A stretch of DNA of 56,387 nt, counting the filler, from Catajapyx aquilonaris (taxonomy: Eukaryota), in the NCBI GenBank assembly GCA_000934665.2. It is 4 parts of 4 records of this genome, joined end to end, with 100 filler letters (N's around TTAATTAATTAA, not from the genome) between each part and the next. Parts side by side here need not be neighbours in the genome. Positions count along the whole stretch, not along the records: positions 42,409 to 56,387 come from JYFJ02007909.1; 3 more parts are not named here. One strand, 5' to 3'. A program made the position numbers and the translations under genes. Shown in pieces: positions 51,043 through 56,387 of the stretch. Every line of letters starts with the position of its first letter. Position 1 is the stretch's first letter. The notes under the pieces are model-generated. The model searched no databases. It was not told the origin of the DNA and worked only from the letters and a program-made list of their open reading frames with translations.

Positions 51043-53709
51043 TTACGAGTCAGTTGGCGAAGGTGACAACGTAGCCGGCGAGTGAACTGAGAGTGCCCTC
51101 AAGGCCTGAGACGGGGACGGTGGGTTGTCCCCTTCGATCATCTGGGCGTCTAGTAGGAGCGACGCCCCTTCCCCCGACGCCCCGTTGGGTCCGACGTCCA
51201 GCCTGGCATGGGTTCGCAGATGCCGAGTGATCATGTCCCGTCGGCAAGCGGCGTATGGACACCTGGGGCACCGGTAGGGTTTTTCCCCGGTGTGTGTCCG
51301 CTGGTGAGTGCTCAGGTGGTCGCTCCGGCTGAACACTTGCCCGCAGGATGCGCACGTGTATGGCTTGGCTCCCGTGTGTAGACGCATGTGTCGTGTCAAC
51401 ATGTCCGATCGTGCAAAAGACCTCCGGCACACCTCGCACGAGTAGCTCTTGTTCGAGGACAACCCCGAGTCATCGTCTGGGGGACTTCCTGGTGTCCCGG
51501 GAAGTGAGGTCGCCGGACCCAGGCTCGGTGGGGATGTCGCACTTACCAGCTTCTTGTGACGTGACGACATATGCTTGGCCAAGCGATCCTGCTGGGAGAA
51601 GTTCTGACCGCAGGCGAGACATTGGAACGATGTCGAGGAACGGCTTCCACCAGATGACGCGGCCTGAAAATTGTCGAAGTAAGACGTGTTATGAAACCTA
51701 GGCGCAGGTTCCAAGTAAATTACACGGAATAGTAGGCCTACCCTATCTGGGAGCATGCCACTATAGGGCTTCTATATTCTACACATGCAATGGAAGGCTA
51801 GAAAGCAATAATTTCAGGAACCACCTACGCAACTCGAGTTTTAGATTTTTCCTTTCATGATTGCTTGTCAGAATTACTCAGCTCGCACACTTTCGTGGAA
51901 AACTCGGCGAAGAAGCCTTATAGCACCCTTAGCCTTGACTTTGTTTTTGCAAGAAATTTAATATGGAGAGAGAAATCAAATCCAAGTAAATAATAAGAAA
52001 GGTAACGTCAACTGACACTAATTTGGTTCAATCTAACGTGGGCGGAAAATGTCATTTCTCCCCTCAATTTTCCAATATGACGCTACAAATAGGCGGCCGT
52101 TTTTAAGTGACGTGAATGGTAATATGGTTGCTCATACTCGTAGGCCCTACTTTAATAATAGTACAAATCAGGTCTCTCCAGTGTTTTGTCTCAATTTTGT
52201 TGGTCACGTCCGACTCCAGATGGGAAAATGACAACATTTCCATTCAATAAAGGCCCACCCATGCTGGGACAGCTAGAGTACAGTACACCTTAGCTCCCTA
52301 AACGTATCCCTGCGTCGAACAGGACAGTTGATATTACTACAAAAGGTTCTTACATGATGCCGACGTTTGGATGAGGGCGGCGGAGCCAGGGTGATGGCAA
52401 CGGGGGGCAGTAGAGGTGACGAGGTCAGCAGAAGTGACTCGGATGACGTGGAGGATCCTAGACTGAAGCTTCCAGCGCCTAAGCTTCCTCCACGAACGCT
52501 GAGGTCCAAGGGAGACTCCTGGGGCGACGCCGGCTCCGACTCCAGTGACCCTCCCCTCGAGGGCAGGACCATGGGTCGCGAGGATGACGCCGACGAGGAG
52601 GAGGAGAGCCGCGACCTGGAGCCGCGACCACTGCGGTTCCAACCTCGGTTTCCACGAGGACCTCGAGGACCGCGACTTCCAGACCTGTCGGGGAATCTGT
52701 CAGTTATAAACAAGCACAGTGTCAGGGCCATTTGCAACATGTAATCTCTCATGGTCCTAACCTGAGTACTCCGGAGACATGTGAGGAAACCCCGATCGGT
52801 ATGGAGACTCCGAGAGTGGTGGGCGTCGGCGGAGGCGGCCAGCACAAGGGCGGCAGTTCGGAATCGGAATGACATCTTCTCCGGAACAGCTCCGGAAGCA
52901 GTTGCGCTCGGAAGTAGTGTTCGGCCGCGGTGGCCACCGCTGCTGCCGAAGGAGGCAGAAGCGGTGAGGCCGAGGCCGATGCAGAGGACGCCGACAGGGG
53001 CGTGGACGGGGTGGTGGGCGACGCCGGCGACGCTGGCACCCCAAACAGGCCGCATCCTGCGACGGTGGTGGCCAGGGACGATGCGCCCCAGTGGACTCCC
53101 TGGTGTAGCCCCCGGGAGATGTAGTCCTCTTCCATGCCGCTGTCTTTCCCTCTGTGAGGACTCAAGCTCGACATTCGAGGAGAGTCGCCCGATACGCGAG
53201 GCGAGGAAGCAGCGCTGTGTGGTGACCTGTAACAGTAGTTATATTGGTCAAGTAAAATAACATGAACTGTGCGATTCAGATATTGAAGTGTGTTACTGCA
53301 ACACTTTTACTGTAAACACGTGCCTGGAAGACGTGGAAGGGCTGAAGACATCTTCGTCCTCGACGACGCCAGCGCCGGTCAACAGCCTTTCCCGGTCGGC
53401 ACTGTCGAACCGGAAAACTCGAGGTACACCCTTGGTGCAACTCCGACGACCCTCCGACTCTTCGTCGTCCTCCTCTTCCTCTTCTTCCTCCTCTTCCTCC
53501 TCTTCGGACGGTGTCGGAGGTGTCCCCCCGCTCTCCTCCCCACTGACGCCAATCATTTTGGTGACTCCGCTGTCCTCCGGATCCGTGACCTGCCCCGCCC
53601 CTGCAGCGGCGCTCAGTTGGTCCAACACTTGGCTCAGACGCTTCCTTTTCCTGCGGGCGCCCGACCCAACGTCCCCGACGCCCCCGACGCCAATCCTCGT
53701 CCCTTCCAT
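51043..53709 (-). CDS. klu: Klumpfuss, EGR/WT1-like C2H2 zinc-finger transcription factor, 4 coding exons
   Basis: Exons 53709-53324 (or -53297), 53226-52762, 52684-52354 and 51663-51043. Four fingers: CLACGQNFSQQDRLAKHMSSRH, CEVCRRSFARSDMLTRHMRLH, CASCGQVFSRSDHLSTHQRTH and CPRCPYAACRRDMITRHLRTH (Klu signature). Also N-terminal RRKRKRLSQVLDQL and a PLDLS motif. An in-frame TGA lies just upstream of the ATG. Confidence 0.9.
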
Positions 53710-56236
53710 GCTGTCGGCTCAGCACCAGAGAAACCCCGGTGATCCTCTCGTCCTTTGCTGGAAGCTCCTGGGTGACCTTCCTCCCATCGCCACGCAACCT
53801 CGCCTAACAACACCAAGAAACAAGACTCATTTAGATAAGCCAAACTTAGCAAAGTGCGTTAAATATTATTTTGATTTTGCTACAGATTGAGAGTCATCAT
53901 TAGGCGTTTTCAATGTCGTATTTGGAGACATTTACGTTCCTTTCTGGCCTCTGGCTACATTTTGAATTGCCTCCTCGTAGAAGCCGTTCCTCCATAATTG
54001 AGTCGACACGGTAGGGAGGTCTTGAAATAATATTTCCCCCTCCTTTATAGTGCCAACCTTGTGCCCAATGACCACCACCTCTTCGGCTCTCCGAAATTAA
54101 CGGCACTTGGAGGGTAGAAGAAGCAATGAAATTGGGGTTGTCTCCAGACACTATACTGTGGAGGGCAGAAACCTCTTCCACGGCACGGCAAGGGTATTGA
54201 AAAACTGTTTTTCCATGGGACACATGTATGCAAAATGTGAACTTTTATTAGCCATCCCACAAACTGATTGATTGCCATTGTATTTATTTCCTGATTGCTG
54301 AAAATAATGTTACATTATTGCATTATATTTATTACACAGCACAAATACTCGGCCCATTCGGAGTGGATACTGTATGAGAATACACTTTCGGAAGCAAAAA
54401 GCACAAAGCCAACGTTTTCCAGTCTGAATTGAAACGCGCGTAGAATATATGCAAAACTGCGTGAGTGTGACGTCACAATCCGCCCACACCGCATCAGATA
54501 GCGAGAGTAAAACCATTATAAGCCAGCGGCTGCTTCGTTCTCTCAGTAAAACGCCTACGCACTAACTGCAAGGGCATTAAGTTATTAATCAACCCACCCG
54601 CCATTCATACATAACTCCATTCACAAGATTTTGAAAATATGTTCGAGACGATATCGTATTTGGGATTGACGGTCGTCACGTGGGTCAGGATGGTACAGGG
54701 AATGTGTGAAAAAAGGCGTGCACTGCGGCAGAAAGGCGTCTGACGCAGCCCCCCACCCCCTCCCACTATACCACCCACTCCGCACCCTATCCTCCCCCGC
54801 CACCCCCACACTCTTCGGTCGATTCTCCTTCCCCCCCCCCCCCTTATATTCACCGTAACACATTCTTACACATATATGACCTATATAAGCCCGATGACAT
54901 TGAGCCGGGTCAGTTGCCATATTTTTGGGACACCCGGTTTCCACCCACGCGCCAAAACAAGGCTCGATCCCCGAAATAAACACCCCCACATACACACACA
55001 CACACGGAATTTCAGGTGTCCCTTTTATTTCGGGTTTGGACTAGGAGTCGGCCAAGACGTTGATTAAGTTTTATACTTTGCAGAACTAGGTGGGGGTGTT
55101 TTCTAAACTTAGGCCCCACCCCCCACCCCCATCACCCTCTTTAGAGAAAAAAAAATGCCGACGCCGCCGACGCAGCCTGCTGCAGTGGCGTAGACAGAGT
55201 GCGTAGACTCCGATCGATGTGTGGGCGTTTGGAATTCCCCACGTACACACGTGGTTCGCACGACTCGTCCCAATTTCGGGTGTGGAAATATGCCCGACCA
55301 ATCACAGGCCGATTTGGGTTGTCTTAGGTTAGGTTACAAAGTGTCGATGGAAACTACACATGACATTCTGCAAGGCATGGCTAACTTGATAGTATAAGAG
55401 GGTCATTACTAGTGGTCTATCCCTGGCTTTAAAACTTGCTACACGTAAACAGTATATATTATGCAATTCTGACGTTTGAATATCGCGCCTATTCCCGACA
55501 TTATGCAAAGTTCCATGACTGAACTGAAGATGGCGATCTCTTCGGTTATCATTCGTAATATGCAGCATCGCGTCACATATGACATCTTAAGGTGACATGA
55601 ACGTGTGGTCATTATAATGTCACGTCGTCCTCTCCCATTGAAGTATGCATGACGCACACTCTTAAGAGCACCTGTACCGTGTACAGACAGAGTACATAAC
55701 AGTACAGGTCATTATGCATACTTCATCGACAGTGTGACGGTTGTTAGAATCTATGCCAAAACATAACCTACCTCAACAGGTATAGTGCCCTAAAGCGGCC
55801 CATCAAGCGTAGGTAAGACTAAAAATAAAACGGCCTAAATCATCTAATCCTGTTTTATCCCCGATAACAATATCAAACGATCTAGCTAACAAAAATAATC
55901 ACAGTTTTCGCACATTACTGACACTGTTACTAGTTATCAACTGTCCAAACTCCCCGCCCAATTTAACTGAAGTTATGGATTGTTAATCCCAGCAAACCCA
56001 ATCAAATTTCAATCAGAGCAACATTGACTGCGACAATACCGATTTGTCTAAACTACCTCCTTTCCCAATAGACATCACTATCAAATCTGTCAACCTGCCT
56101 GTCATACCAGCCCTCTCAAAATCAAATATTCAGAACACTGCGGCAATTTGTGCGTGATAAATGTCAAGCCCCACCCCCTACTCGCATCCACCCACTCCAC
56201 CCACCCTCCAAAAAAAAAGTAGAACCAGGTCGCAAA

Positions 56237-56340
56237 TTCCCGCCAAATGGGCGCGGTGGTTCTATTTTTGCGCGCCAAAAAATTTCCGCGCCGTATTTCT
56301 ATCTCATGTTTACCAAGCGTGGTTCACGATATAAAAGAGG
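56237..56340. promoter_or_regulatory. E2F-site cluster with TATA-like element (candidate promoter)
   Basis: TTCCCGCCAAA (56237), TTTTGCGCGCCAAAA (56266-56280), TTTCCGCGCC (56283) and TATAAAAG near 56330. Confidence 0.45.
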
Positions 56341-56387
56341 GGCAAAAATGCAAGGAGAGGTTGACAAGGTTGCACATATGTGCCCTT

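Overview
Eukaryotic genomic DNA, most likely arthropod (inferred from an ionotropic-receptor exon, klumpfuss and short GT-AG introns). The window is not one locus. It is four unrelated ~14 kb pieces joined by identical artificial 100-nt spacers (44 N + TTAATTAATTAA + 44 N) at 14032, 28184 and 42309. Piece 1 (1-14031) is gene-dense: last exon of an ionotropic receptor, complete KATNAL2 (+), complete SMN (-), complete SUGP1 (+, head-to-head with SMN) and the last exon of IDH3A (-). Piece 2 (14132-28183) holds an intron-containing linker histone with an acidic N-tail and an oocyte-type (H1.8/B4/cs-H1-like) globular domain. Its intron carries a ~495-bp near-perfect foldback element, and the gene is followed by a field of SINEs and MITEs (Tc1/mariner, hAT, piggyBac). 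Piece 3 (28284-42308) contains only transposon debris (intron-containing IS3EU-like, Tc1, Ty3/gypsy RT, Helitron). Piece 4 (42409-56387) holds the C2H2 zinc-finger gene klumpfuss (-). I found no prokaryotic-type system. The best candidate for novel biology is the putative maternal H1.8-like histone locus. All family calls come from motif recognition by eye, not from database searches.
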